Source: an uncultured Actinomycetota bacterium (GTDB lineage Bacteria > Actinomycetota > Acidimicrobiia > Acidimicrobiales > Bog-793). From it: a stretch of DNA of 64,000 bases. How positions within the stretch are numbered: position 1 is the stretch's first letter; each line of letters starts with the position of its first letter. The DNA is taken from positions 1,804,272-1,868,271 of the forward strand of contig CAVVDX010000001.1 of NCBI GenBank assembly GCA_963747085.1, in the 5' to 3' direction. Position numbers and translations under genes: made by a program. The notes below the pieces were generated by a model, which had not been told where the DNA came from, did no database searches, and saw nothing but the letters and a program-made list of their open reading frames with translations. Below, one piece after another: positions 28,280 to 40,340 of the stretch.

Positions 28280-29438
28280 CGACGAGCACGTAGCGGCCGT
28301 TCCCGGCGCGCACCGGGTGGAGCCGCAGGTAGCGGGCACTGCCCGGAGCAAGCGAGGCGACGACGGCGCTCGCCGCGCCGCCACCAGAGGTCGCGGCGCC
28401 GGGGCCGACCGGGGAGAGCGTCGCGGCGACCGTGACGTCGTCGTCGGCGACGTCGCCGTTGTTGCGGACGACGGCGACGACCGCGATCGAGGCGGTCGGC
28501 GGCAGGATCGAAACCGAGCCGGCGGGCGGGATCTGCAGCGTCGTCGTCGGCGCGGGGATCGTCGTGGTCGTGCTCGACGTGGTCGTCGGCAGTGGCTTGT
28601 GCCTCGCCGTCCGCGCACCCGGGTGGAGGGTGGTCGTCGTCGCGCCGGGCAGCGTGGTCGTCGTGGTCGACGTCGTCGAGGTGCTGGTCGTCGTGGTCGT
28701 CGTGGTCGGCAGGCCGATGATGCTGACCGGCGGCGGACGCAGCGAGACGTCGAGCAGCTGCAGGCTGCGCCGGGCGCGCAGCGCCGGCGACACCGCCAGC
28801 GCCGCGGCCCAGCGGTGGACCGAGGCGGTCGACCAGGCCTCCGGCTCGGCGATCCACTGCGTCGCCGAGCTGCCGGCGGGATCGACCTGGCGCGGCAGCA
28901 GGCGCAGGAACCGGGCGTACGCGACGTCGGCCTGCTCGAAGTCGACGCCTGCGGCCTGGAGGGCGACCGCCGCACCCGTCGGCCCGGCGGCACCGATCGC
29001 CTCACCGATCCCCGTCGCCAGCTCACGGGCACCCGCGGCACGTCCGGCGAGCACGGTCTCGAGCTCGCCGGCGATGGGGCCGGCGGGAGCGGGCAGCGCG
29101 ATGGCTGCCATGGCGGCGCGTTGCGCTGCGGTGGCCTGCTCGAGAGCAGCGAGCGACGCCTCGAGGGTCAGGCGGCTCGCCGAGACCGAACGGGCGTCGC
29201 CACGCAACGCGTGCACCTGCTGGGCGAGCACCGCCGACTGTTCGGCGATGGCCGCGGCCTCGGCGTCCCAGGTGAGGGTGTCACGGCGTGTCGCCGCGCC
29301 ACCGGACTGCACGACCTGGTAGCTGATCTCGCCGACGACGAGGCCGAGCACGAGAACCGCCAGCACCACGACGAGGACGATCCGCCGCCGCGGGCGGCGG
29401 GGCGCCGACAGCCCGGGGCGCCCGAGAGGGCCGAGCAT
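28215..29438 (-). CDS. Membrane-anchored hypothetical protein with a Thr/Ser-rich linker
   Basis: N-terminal TM: RRRIVLVVVLAVLVLGLVVGEI. Linker: LPTTTTTTTSTSTTSTTTTTLPGATTT..TTTSSTTTTIPAPTTT. C-terminal beta-rich region: ..AVVAVVRNNGDVADDDVTVAATL. Confidence 0.5.
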   Translation of the reverse strand: MLGPLGRPGLSAPRRPRRRIVLVVVLAVLVLGLVVGEISYQVVQSGGAATRRDTLTWDAEAAAIAEQSAVLAQQVHALRGDARSVSASRLTLEASLAALEQATAAQRAAMAAIALPAPAGPIAGELETVLAGRAAGARELATGIGEAIGAAGPTGAAVALQAAGVDFEQADVAYARFLRLLPRQVDPAGSSATQWIAEPEAWSTASVHRWAAALAVSPALRARRSLQLLDVSLRPPPVSIIGLPTTTTTTTSTSTTSTTTTTLPGATTTTLHPGARTARHKPLPTTTSSTTTTIPAPTTTLQIPPAGSVSILPPTASIAVVAVVRNNGDVADDDVTVAATLSPVGPGAATSGGGAASAVVASLAPGSARYLRLHPVRAGNGRYVLVVTANATGAAAQSARIVLDVRG

Positions 29439-29497
29439 GGCGTGATGGCGGCACGGCCGGTCGGCTGCCTACCCCGAACGGGGCGGCCAGCCTCCCG

Positions 29498-31964
<2,467 letters not shown>

Positions 31965-32122
31965 GCGCGCTGCGGTCCAGCCCCGGCGCCCGGCCGCCAT
32001 CGGCCTTCATCGGCTGCCACCGGCCGCCCGGGCCCGCGGCGCCGCAGGGGCCGCCGGCGGTCGTGGCGTGGGGTCCCGACGGGTAGCGCCGCCGCGGTGT
32101 GGGAAGATCAGACCGGTCGCCC

Positions 32123-32195
32123 GCCGGTGTGGCGCAGCTGGTAGCGCAGACGACTTGTAATCGTCAGGCCGTGGGTTCGAGTCCCACCACCGGCT
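32123..32195 (+). tRNA. tRNA-Thr (anticodon UGU)
   Basis: GCCGGTGTGGCGCAGCTGGTAGCGCAGACGACTTGTAATCGTCAGGCCGTGGGTTCGAGTCCCACCACCGGCT. The acceptor is GCCGGTG/CACCGGC, the anticodon loop CTTGTAA, and the T-loop TTCGAGT. Confidence 0.9.
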
Positions 32196-32311
32196 CCGAT
32201 CCACCTCGATCCCTCCGCGGCACACGACGTGCAAACGTGCAACGAGGGCTGCGGCCCGTCCGCGAGTCGCGCTGACAATCCCGCTCGGCCGGCGCGGCGC
32301 CGCCCGGCTGC

Positions 32312-33889
32312 TCAGCGGTAGTCGCGTGGGATGCGGTAGACCCCGTCGCCGTCGTCGGCCTGCGCGTCTCCGGCGCGTGCACCCGCGACCTGGCCCGCAC
32401 GCGGCCGTCCGTTGCCGCCACGCCCGTCGGCACCGCCGTCGGCACCGACGAGCGCCGGCTCGAGCTCGATGTCCTCGATCTCCACGGGCTCGATCTCGGG
32501 TTGGCCGTCCCCCGGACGAGGCGGTGTCGGCACCGTCGAGTAGCCGCCGGCGGCAGAGCGCAGGACGACGTTGTGGCGCTTGCGCTGCCCCGCGCCCTCG
32601 GTGGCGGCGAGCTCCCTGCAGAGCTTGTAGCTGACCGCCCCGACGACGATCGGCACGATCACCACCGCGTAGCGGAAGAAGACGAGCACGTAATTGAGTG
32701 ACAGCGCGAGGTAGTTGGCGATGACGTCGGTGGCGCTGGCGCCGAAGAGCACGAAGTAGAAAGCGAAGACGGCAGCACCGATCGAGGTGCGTACCGGATG
32801 GTCACGCGGCCGCTGGAGCAGATGGTGCTCCTTCTTGTCGCCGGTGACGAAGGCCTCGATGAACGGCCACACGTAGATGAGGGTGAAGGTGAGCCCGGGC
32901 AGCACGATGCCGGGCCAGAAAGTGTTCGGGATCATGTGCCCGGGGAAGTGCGTCTCCCAGGCCGGCATGACGCGCAGCGCCCCGTCGAGCCAGCCCATGT
33001 ACCAGTCGGGCTGCACCGCATAGCTGATCTTGAAGGGGTCGTAGGGGCCGTACAGCCAGATCGGGTTGATCTGCACCAGCCCGCCGAGCAGGAAGGTGAT
33101 CCCGGTGGTGAGGAAGAAGAAGCCACCGGACTTTGCCGAGTACGACGGCCACAGCGGGGTGCCGACGACGTTGTCCTCGCGAGCGCCGTTGCCGGGGAAT
33201 TGGGTGTGATGGTAGTGGACCACCATCGCCAGGTGCGCGGTGATCAGCCCGAGGATCACCAACGGCAGGATCAGCACGTGGATGATGAAGAAGCGGGGGA
33301 TGATCGCGTCGGTCCCGGGATAGTTGCCGCCGAAGAGGAAGAAGGCGAGGTACTGCCCGACGATCGGGATCGACTCGAGGATCGAGAAGCCGATGCGCAG
33401 CCCGGTGCCCGAGATCAGGTCGTCCGGCAGCGAGTAGCCGAGGAAGCCGTTGAAGATGGCGAGGGTGAGCAGCGTCGCACCGATGATCCAGTTGATCTCG
33501 CGCGGCTTGCGGTAGGCACCCGTGAAGAAGATGCGCAGCATGTGCACGACGATCGCGCCGATGAAGATGTCGGCGGCCCAGTGGTGGGCCTGGCGCATCA
33601 ACAACCCGCCGCGCACGGCGAAGGTCAGGTCGATCGTCGAGGCGTAGGACTCCGAGACGCGCTGCCCGACGAGCGGCAGGTACATGCCGTGGTAGATCTC
33701 CTGCGCCCCGGACGGCACGTAGTACAGCGTCATGAAGATGCCCGTGGCGAGGAGCACGATGAAGGAGTAGAGGGCGATCTCCCCGATCATGAAGCTCCAG
33801 TGATCGGGGAAGATGTAGTCGAGCATCTTGCGCCCGCTCCGCGAGATGGCGAGCCGGTCGTCGACCCAGGCGTAAAGGCTCTCGATCAT
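32312..33889 (-). CDS. qcrB: Cytochrome bc1 complex cytochrome b subunit
   Basis: ATG 33889 (MIESLYAWVDD..) overlaps the qcrA stop (ATGA). Reads ..RQAHHWAADIFIGAIVVHMLRIFFTGAYRKPRE..PRFFIIHVLILPLVILGLITAHLAMV.. Confidence 0.9.
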   Translation of the reverse strand: MIESLYAWVDDRLAISRSGRKMLDYIFPDHWSFMIGEIALYSFIVLLATGIFMTLYYVPSGAQEIYHGMYLPLVGQRVSESYASTIDLTFAVRGGLLMRQAHHWAADIFIGAIVVHMLRIFFTGAYRKPREINWIIGATLLTLAIFNGFLGYSLPDDLISGTGLRIGFSILESIPIVGQYLAFFLFGGNYPGTDAIIPRFFIIHVLILPLVILGLITAHLAMVVHYHHTQFPGNGAREDNVVGTPLWPSYSAKSGGFFFLTTGITFLLGGLVQINPIWLYGPYDPFKISYAVQPDWYMGWLDGALRVMPAWETHFPGHMIPNTFWPGIVLPGLTFTLIYVWPFIEAFVTGDKKEHHLLQRPRDHPVRTSIGAAVFAFYFVLFGASATDVIANYLALSLNYVLVFFRYAVVIVPIVVGAVSYKLCRELAATEGAGQRKRHNVVLRSAAGGYSTVPTPPRPGDGQPEIEPVEIEDIELEPALVGADGGADGRGGNGRPRAGQVAGARAGDAQADDGDGVYRIPRDYR

Positions 33890-34932
33890 TTCTGGGGGTA
33901 CACGTCCCTCGACCAGAACCCTGGGCCGATCGGCTCGTCGAAGCCGGCCTGCGCCCGGAGGTATCCGTCGTCGTCCACGTACAACGGTAGCTGAGGCAAC
34001 GGGCGCGGCGCAGGCCCGAAGATCGGGATCGCCCCGTCGGCGGGGACGAACATCGACTGGTGGCACGGGCAGACCAGCTTCCCGAGCTCGTGCTCCCACA
34101 GCGCCACGGGGCAGCCGGCATGGGTGCAGACCTTGGAGAAGGCGATGTAGCCGTCGGGACCCCAGTGCTGGCGATCGGCATAGGGAGTCGGCGCCCAGCC
34201 GCTCGTGGTGAGGCGGATGAGCACCGTCTGGTCGACCGCTTGATCGACCGCAGTGCCGGTGTAGCCCTCGGGGAAGACGGTGAGGATCCCGCCCACGGCG
34301 ACGTCGTCGACATGCACCCGCCGGTTGTCGACCGTCGTCAGGTACGCGCCCTTCGTCCAATTGGTCGTGTACAGCGACTCCGTCGGGGGCTGGTCGGGTC
34401 CCCCCACCTTCGGGCCGAGCGAGCGGATCAGGGGGAAGGCGAGCACGATGCCGAACACCGTCGCCCCGAGGCCCATCGCCGCGGCGATGAAGCCGCGCCG
34501 CTGGACGGCCACCCTGCCGCGGCTCTCGAAGTCGGCGATGATGTCGGCGCGCTGCTGCGGCTCGACCGCCATCAGCTTGCGCTCTTCCTCGAACGGGCCA
34601 CGTGGCATCAGGTACTTGCCCCAGGCGACGAGGCCGGCCCCGAAGAAGAGCATCCCCACCCCGAGCGTGCCGCCGAGCCAGACCGAGCTGGCGTTCTGCC
34701 AGTAGGCGCCCCCGAAGGCGGCGAAGGCGAGGAGCCCGATCACGAACAGGACCGTCGCGGTGATCTCGGCTCGCCGCGGGTGCTTGGCGGCGATCTGCAG
34801 CTGAGGAAGCTCGTGCGCGGTCGGCACGTGCGCCACGGCCGTGCCGAGCGGCGTCTCGACGACGACGATCGAGCCGTCGTCGGCGCCGTCGCCGGGCTCG
34901 CGGGGCAGTGTCGGCCCACCGTGCTCAGACAT
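33886..34932 (-). CDS. qcrA: Cytochrome bc1 complex Rieske iron-sulfur subunit
   Basis: MSEHGG.. with three TM segments. Rieske motifs: CTHAGCPV and CPCHQSMF. Confidence 0.9.
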   Translation of the reverse strand: MSEHGGPTLPREPGDGADDGSIVVVETPLGTAVAHVPTAHELPQLQIAAKHPRRAEITATVLFVIGLLAFAAFGGAYWQNASSVWLGGTLGVGMLFFGAGLVAWGKYLMPRGPFEEERKLMAVEPQQRADIIADFESRGRVAVQRRGFIAAAMGLGATVFGIVLAFPLIRSLGPKVGGPDQPPTESLYTTNWTKGAYLTTVDNRRVHVDDVAVGGILTVFPEGYTGTAVDQAVDQTVLIRLTTSGWAPTPYADRQHWGPDGYIAFSKVCTHAGCPVALWEHELGKLVCPCHQSMFVPADGAIPIFGPAPRPLPQLPLYVDDDGYLRAQAGFDEPIGPGFWSRDVYPQK

Positions 34933-35925
34933 GGACCACCCCCGAGTCCGCCGCCCCCGGAGCACCGTGGCCGGAGCCCTTCGCGTGCTCGCCAGCCGAG
35001 CTGCCGTCCTTCTTGGCCTCGGCGCGCTCGCCGATCCACAGCGCGGCCACGATGCAGCCGCCCACCCCGAGGAACAGCCCGATGAAGCCTTCGGCGACCG
35101 GGCCGACACCGCCGAGCCCGACACCGCCGGGGTTCTGGGGGTGCTGGATGACGCGTGTCACGTAGTCGGCCAGGTTGGCGAGCTGTGCGTTGCTGATCTG
35201 GGTGACGGCGAAGGGGGGCATGTTGCCCGGGCCCTGGCGCATCGCCTCCGCGATCTGCGTGGCGGTCACGCCGTGCAGGCTCGGCGCGAACTGACCGTCG
35301 GAGATGGCGTCGCCGGCGCCGGTGATCGTATGGCAGGGGGCGCAGTTGAGGGCGAAGAGGCTGAGCCCGGCAGACTCGCTCGTGTGGGACAGGTTGACGG
35401 CCCAGATCGGCTGGCCACCGGGCTCGAACGAACCGACGTACTCGGCGATGTCGACGATCTGTGACCGGCTGAACAGCGGGGGCTTCGTGATCGGCTCGGC
35501 CGTCGGGTTGGCGAGCGGCATCCAGCCACTGGAGACCCAGAGATACGGGATGCCGGGACCGAGGCCGCGCAGGTTCGGGGCCCGGTCGCTGCCCTGCCCC
35601 TCGCTGCCGTGGCAGGTCGAGCAGTTGTCGTCGAAGAGCGTCTTGCCGTTCGCCAGCTGCGACGCGCTCGGGTGGGTGTCGATCGGAACGATCGGACCGC
35701 TCACCGACGACGTGGTCGTGCGTCGCGCCGGATTCGCCTTGCCGGGCCTGACGAGCGCCGATCTGGGCGACACCGGACGGCCCGTCGCCACGCCGTGGGC
35801 GACGCTGGCCCCGGCGGCGAGCGCAGGCGCGAGCGCGACGAGGCCGAGCGCCACGAGCGGGGCGCGAGCACCCCGGCGGCGAGTCGGCGACGACGCTTCT
35901 GCAACTCAGCACGCTTCACGAGCAA
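34925..35925 (-). CDS. qcrC: Dihaem cytochrome c subunit of the bc1 complex; one frame break near 35859-35862 (G4 run)
   Basis: Two CxxCH sites (CSTCH, CAPCH) and a C-terminal TM. The N-terminal signal ..KRAELQKRRRRLAAGVLAP (ORF 35701-35925) joins LVALGLVALAPALAAG (ORF 34925-35854) only after a 1-nt shift. Confidence 0.8.
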
Positions 35926-35998
35926 ACAACAACCTTCACGAGGGCGATCAGGGGACCAGTCGAGCGGGGGCCAGTGTCACGGGCAACCTCAAAAGACG

Positions 35999-36597
35999 TC
36001 AAGAGAGCAAGAATAGGCAGCTGAACAGTCCGATCCAGACGATGTCGACGAAGTGCCAGTAGTAGCTGACCGCCTGGAACACGGCGGTCTCGCCCGGGTC
36101 ACCCTTCGGGCCGTACAGCCGGCCGAGCAGGGCGATCATCGCAACCAGGCCGAGGATGACGTGCAGGCCGTGCAGCCCGCTCATGATGTAGAAGAGCGAG
36201 CCGTAGACGTTGGTGTGCGGGCGGAACGGAAGGGTCTTCCACTCGTAGGCCTGGTTGGCGACGAACGCCGCGCCGAGCAGGAAGCTGGCGACGATCCACG
36301 CCTTGGCCTTGCCGCGCTCGCCGCGCTCCTGCGCCCAGACCCCCATCTGCATCGTCGGGCTCGAGGCGAGCAGCACGAAGGTGAAGGCGAGCGCCTGGTA
36401 GGTGTCGAGCTTGGTGCCCGGCGGCGGCCAGACCGGGCGTGGGCACGGATCGTGAAGAAGGCGGCGAACAGCCCGGAGAAGAACATGAACTCCGAGCCGA
36501 GCCAGATCATCACCCCGACGGCGAGCAGCTGCGGCCGCTTGGGGTGGGCGGGCCCACCGGCGGCAACCGGCACCGCTGCGGCAGTCAGCTCGCTCAC
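35999..36597 (-). CDS. ctaE: Cytochrome c oxidase subunit III; one frame break near ~36430
   Basis: [43 protein letters not shown] (ORF 36181-36597) continues as ..[58 protein letters not shown] (ORF 35999-36808). Confidence 0.85.
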
Positions 36598-36740
36598 GCC
36601 TCTTTCTTAGCCGAACGGGTGCGGCCGACACCAACCGGCACCAACCGGCTCCCGAGGCGCAGCGCGGTCGCCGCCGGCACCGGCGCCGGGCCGGCGAACG
36701 ATGGCGGCGCACCGATGGCGGCGGCGCACGAGGCGGCGGC

Positions 36741-36770
36741 GAGGGCGAGGGCGAGGGCGAGGGCGAGGGC
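36741..36770 (+). repeat. (GAGGGC)x5 hexanucleotide tandem repeat in the ctaE-hemE divergent intergenic region
   Basis: Five perfect units are read directly at 36741-36770. Confidence 0.9.
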
Positions 36771-36837
36771 GCACGTCGCAGCGGCCGGGGTGCGCCGCCC
36801 ACGGGCACTCGGTCGGCGCGGCGGTAGGGTCGGGCCC

Positions 36838-37884
36838 GTGAGCCCTGGCGGGACGCCTGCGCACGACGCCCTCTTCCTGCGCGCCTGCCGCAGGGAGCCC
36901 GTCGAGCACACGCCGGTCTGGTTCATGCGCCAGGCCGGCCGCTCGCTGCCCGAGTACCGGGAGCGGCGGGGCGGCGGCGGCATCCTCGACGCCGTGCGCG
37001 ACCCCGAGCTCGCCGCCGAGCTGACCCTGCAGCCGGTCCGCCGCTACGGCGTCGACGCGGCGATCCTGTTCTCCGACATCGTCGTCCCCGCCGCCGCCAC
37101 CGGCCTCGGCGTCGAGGTCGTCGCTGGTGCAGGCCCGGTGCTCGCCGAGCCGATCCGCAGCGCCGCCGACCTCGCCAGGCTGCGCCCGTTCGTGCCCGCC
37201 GAGGACGCTCCCTTCGTCGCCGAGACGGTGAAGATCCTCGTCGCCGAGCTCTCCGTCCCGCTCATCGGCTTCGCCGGCGCGCCCTTCACGGTGGCGAGCT
37301 ACCTCGTCGAGGGCGGCCGGAGCGCCCACTACGAGCACACCAAGGCGCTGATGCACCGCGACCCCACCACCTTCGCGGCCCTCCTCGACCGGCTCGCCGG
37401 CTGGGCGATCGCCTCGCTCACCGCCCAGGTCGCGGCCGGCGCAGCGGCGGTGCAGCTGTTCGACAGTTGGGCCGGGGCACTCAGCCGTGCCGACTACGAG
37501 CGCTTCGTCCTGCCGGCGTCGCGGCACGTGCTGCAGGGTGTCGCCCCGCTCGGCGTCCCGCTCCTGCACTTCGGCGTCGGTACGGGCGAGCTGCTCGACC
37601 TCATGGCGGCGGCAGGCGCCGACGTGGTCGGCGTCGACTGGCGAGTGCCGCTCGGCGCCGCCCGCCGGCGAGTCGGCCCAGGAGTGGCGGTGCAGGGCAA
37701 CCTCGACCCGGTGCACGTCCTTTCCGGCGCAACCGTGGCCGAAGCCGAGACCCGCCGCGTCCTCGCCGATGCCGGGGGCGAGCTCGGGCATGTCTTCAAC
37801 CTCGGCCATGGCGTGCTGCCCGGCTCGGACCCTGGCGTCCTGGCACGCGTCGTCGAGCTCGTGCACGAGGAGACCCGGAGGTGA
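36838..37884 (+). CDS. hemE: Uroporphyrinogen decarboxylase
   Basis: GTG 36838. Reads ..FLRACRREPVEHTPVWFMRQAGRSLPEYRE..LQPVRRYGVDAAILFSDI..FAGAPFTVASYLVEG..VQLFDSWAG..NLGHGVLP. Confidence 0.9.
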   Translation: MSPGGTPAHDALFLRACRREPVEHTPVWFMRQAGRSLPEYRERRGGGGILDAVRDPELAAELTLQPVRRYGVDAAILFSDIVVPAAATGLGVEVVAGAGPVLAEPIRSAADLARLRPFVPAEDAPFVAETVKILVAELSVPLIGFAGAPFTVASYLVEGGRSAHYEHTKALMHRDPTTFAALLDRLAGWAIASLTAQVAAGAAAVQLFDSWAGALSRADYERFVLPASRHVLQGVAPLGVPLLHFGVGTGELLDLMAAAGADVVGVDWRVPLGAARRRVGPGVAVQGNLDPVHVLSGATVAEAETRRVLADAGGELGHVFNLGHGVLPGSDPGVLARVVELVHEETRR

Positions 37885-38862
37885 GCCCGGAGCGCGTCGC
37901 CGTCCTCGTCATGTCGTACGGAACGCCCGCGGCGCGCGAGGAGGTCGAGGCGTACTACACCGACGTGCGCCGCGGCCGGCCACCCTCTCCCGAGCAGCTC
38001 GCCGACCTCGTCCGCCGCTACGACGCGATCGGCGGGGTGTCCCCCCTCGCCGAGCGCACTGCCGAGCAGGTCGCCGCGCTGGAACATGCCCTCGAGGAGC
38101 TCGCCCCCGGCCGCTACGAGGTGTTCTCGGGCACCAAGCACGGCCGACCGCGCATCGAGGAGGCGGTGGACTCGATCGCCGCCGACGGGGCGCACGAGCT
38201 CGTCGGCGTGGTGCTCGCCCCGCACTACTCGGCGATGAGCGTCGGCGAGTACGTGGCGCGAGCCTCCGAGCAGGCCGCCGGTCACGGGCTGGCATGCGGG
38301 TTCGTGCGCAGCTGGCACGACGACCCGGCCCTCGTCGAGCTCCTAGCCGGGCGCCTCGACACCGCGCTCGAGACCGTCGGCACCCCCGCCACGCGGGAGG
38401 GAGCTCCGCGGACGGCGGGACCGTCGTGGTCTTCACCGCCCACAGCCTCCCCGCCCGGGTGCTCTCGAACGGTGACCCCTACGCCGAGCAGCTGGCGCAG
38501 ACTGCGGCGCTCGTGGCGAAGCGGTGCGGCCTCGACGACGCCGGCATCGCCTGGCAGGTCGGCTGGCAGAGCGCCGGGCGGACGCCCGAGCCGTGGATCG
38601 GCCCTGACATCCTCCAGGTGCTCCGCGACCTCGCCGCAGCCGGTGCGGCGCGCGTCGTCGTCTGCCCGGCGGGGTTCACCGCCGATCACCTCGAGGTGCT
38701 CTACGACCTCGACGTCGAGGCGAGCGCCCTCGCCGCGAGCCTTGGGCTCGGCTTCGCCCGAACGGCCTCGCTCAACGACGACCAACGCCTCGCCGCTCTG
38801 CTGGCGCGCGCCGCGTGCTCGCCACCACGACGGCGCCGGTGGCCGCATCGTCAGGGCCATGA
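37881..38862 (+). CDS. hemH: Ferrochelatase (coproporphyrin ferrochelatase type); two frame breaks (~38405, ~38810)
   Basis: GTG 37881 overlaps the hemE stop. Reads ..VAVLVMSYGTP..YYTDVRRGRPPSPEQL..YDAIGGVSPL.. then ..VVVFTAHSLPARVLSNGDPYAEQL..WQSAGRTPEPWIGPDI..VVVCPAGFTADHLEVLYDLD. The inferred stop TGA 38860-38862 overlaps the hemY ATG. Confidence 0.8.
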
Positions 38863-40340
38863 CGGCGCCGTGTGCCGGGCGTGCCGTCGTGGCCGGCGGC
38901 GGCATCAGCGGCCTCGTCGCGGCGCTCGAGCTGGCTCGGCTCGGTCACGACGTCACACTGCTGGAAGGCTCGTCGAGACTCGGCGGCAAGCTCACGACCA
39001 CGACCTGGCGCGGCCGGCCGCTCGACCTCGGCCCGGACGCCTTCATCGCCCGCAATCCCGCCGCGGCAGAGCTGTGCCGCGAGGTCGGGCTCGGCGAGGA
39101 CCTGATCGCTCCGGCGACGGGGACGGCGGCGATCTGGGCACGCGGCCGGTTGCGTGCCTTCCCTGCCGGGCTGGCCCTCGGCGTGCCCGTCGACCTGCCC
39201 GCGCTGGCGCGCAGTGGCATCGTCGGCGCGGGCGGAGTCGCCCGCGCCGCGCTCGACCTCGTGCTGCCCGGACCAGACCTCGCAGAGCTGGTCGGGCACG
39301 CCGCCGAGGGAGGAGCCGACCCGACTATCGCCGAGGTCGTGACGCCCCGGCTCGGGCGCCAAGTGCTGGCGAACCTCGTCGACCCGTTGCTCGGCGGCAT
39401 CAACGCGGGCGACTCGCACAACCTCTCGTTCGCCGCCGCGGCGCCGATGCTGGCGAGCCGGCTGGGTCACCATGCGAGCCTGATCCGCTCGTTGCGCCCC
39501 GGGGCGCCGCCACGACGGCGCCACGGCGCCGGCTCGGCGCAGCCGCCGGCTCCCGCGCCCGTGTTCCTCGGCCTGCGACAGGGCATGTCGAGCCTGGTCG
39601 GCGCCCTCGCTGCGCGTTGCGTCGAGGCAGGCGTGACGGTCCGCCTCGAGAGCCCGGTGGTGCAGGTGCGGCGCGCCCCGGCGGCGCCGGGATACCTCGT
39701 GGAGCTGTCCGGCGGAGGGCAGCCGCTCGTCGCCGACCGGCTCGTGCTCGCCGTGCCGGCGCCGGCCGCCGCGGCGGCGTTGCGCCAGCTCGACGACCGC
39801 CTCGCCGCCGAGCTCGCCGCCATCGCCTACGCCGGCGTCGTGCTCGTGACCGCAGCGTTCGACGCCGGCGAGCTGTCGAAGCCGCCCTCGGGCAGCGGGG
39901 TGCTCGTTCCTCGTTCCGGCTCGAAGCACGTGACGGCGCTGACCTTCGTCTCGAGCAAGTGGCCGCGCTCGGCAGCGGCGGGCGAGCTCGTCGTGCGCGC
40001 CTCGCTCGGGCGGTACGGCGCTGAGGGCGTGCTCGATCTCGACGACGCCGGCGCCGGCGCGCTGGCGCTGGGCGAGATCGGCGCCGTCCTCGGCCTACGC
40101 GCCGAGCCGCTCGACGTCCTCGTCCGGCGATGGCCGGCGTCGTTCCCGCAGTACGTGAGCGGGCACCTCGCCCGGGTGCGGCGGATCGAGCAGCTCACGT
40201 CTGCCCACCTCGGACTCGCTCTTGCCGGCGCCGCGTATCGCGGCATCGGCATCCCCGCCTGCATCGAGGACGGGCGTCGAGCGGCTGGGCTCGTCAATGC
40301 CGCGCCGCTGCCCGGCACGGTGGCCCCGCCGCTGCGATGA
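38859..40340 (+). CDS. hemY: Protoporphyrinogen/coproporphyrinogen III oxidase (FAD-dependent, HemY/CgoX type)
   Basis: The FAD-binding N-terminus is RAVVAGGGISGLVAALELARLGHDVTLLEGSSRLGGKL. Its length (493 aa) and its position after hemE-hemH fit the assignment. Confidence 0.8.
   Translation: MTAPCAGRAVVAGGGISGLVAALELARLGHDVTLLEGSSRLGGKLTTTTWRGRPLDLGPDAFIARNPAAAELCREVGLGEDLIAPATGTAAIWARGRLRAFPAGLALGVPVDLPALARSGIVGAGGVARAALDLVLPGPDLAELVGHAAEGGADPTIAEVVTPRLGRQVLANLVDPLLGGINAGDSHNLSFAAAAPMLASRLGHHASLIRSLRPGAPPRRRHGAGSAQPPAPAPVFLGLRQGMSSLVGALAARCVEAGVTVRLESPVVQVRRAPAAPGYLVELSGGGQPLVADRLVLAVPAPAAAAALRQLDDRLAAELAAIAYAGVVLVTAAFDAGELSKPPSGSGVLVPRSGSKHVTALTFVSSKWPRSAAAGELVVRASLGRYGAEGVLDLDDAGAGALALGEIGAVLGLRAEPLDVLVRRWPASFPQYVSGHLARVRRIEQLTSAHLGLALAGAAYRGIGIPACIEDGRRAAGLVNAAPLPGTVAPPLR

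Noticed and set aside
27353-29041. A 562-aa minus-strand ORF. Similar very long ORFs include 15560-16840, 24115-25950, 39827-41713, 58688-60862 and 9894-10829.
   Set aside because: Their translations are Arg/Pro/Ala/Ser-rich low-complexity text with no motifs. They lie antisense or out of frame to genes with clear family signatures. This is typical stop-codon-poor shadow ORFs of high-G+C DNA.
37467-40340. A 957-aa ORF suggesting a giant hemE/hemH/hemY fusion protein.
   Set aside because: The first ~140 codons are out of frame with hemE and read as Arg-rich nonsense. A GTGA junction at 37881 and an ATGA junction at 38859 mark separate coupled genes. The hemH middle part is in another frame.
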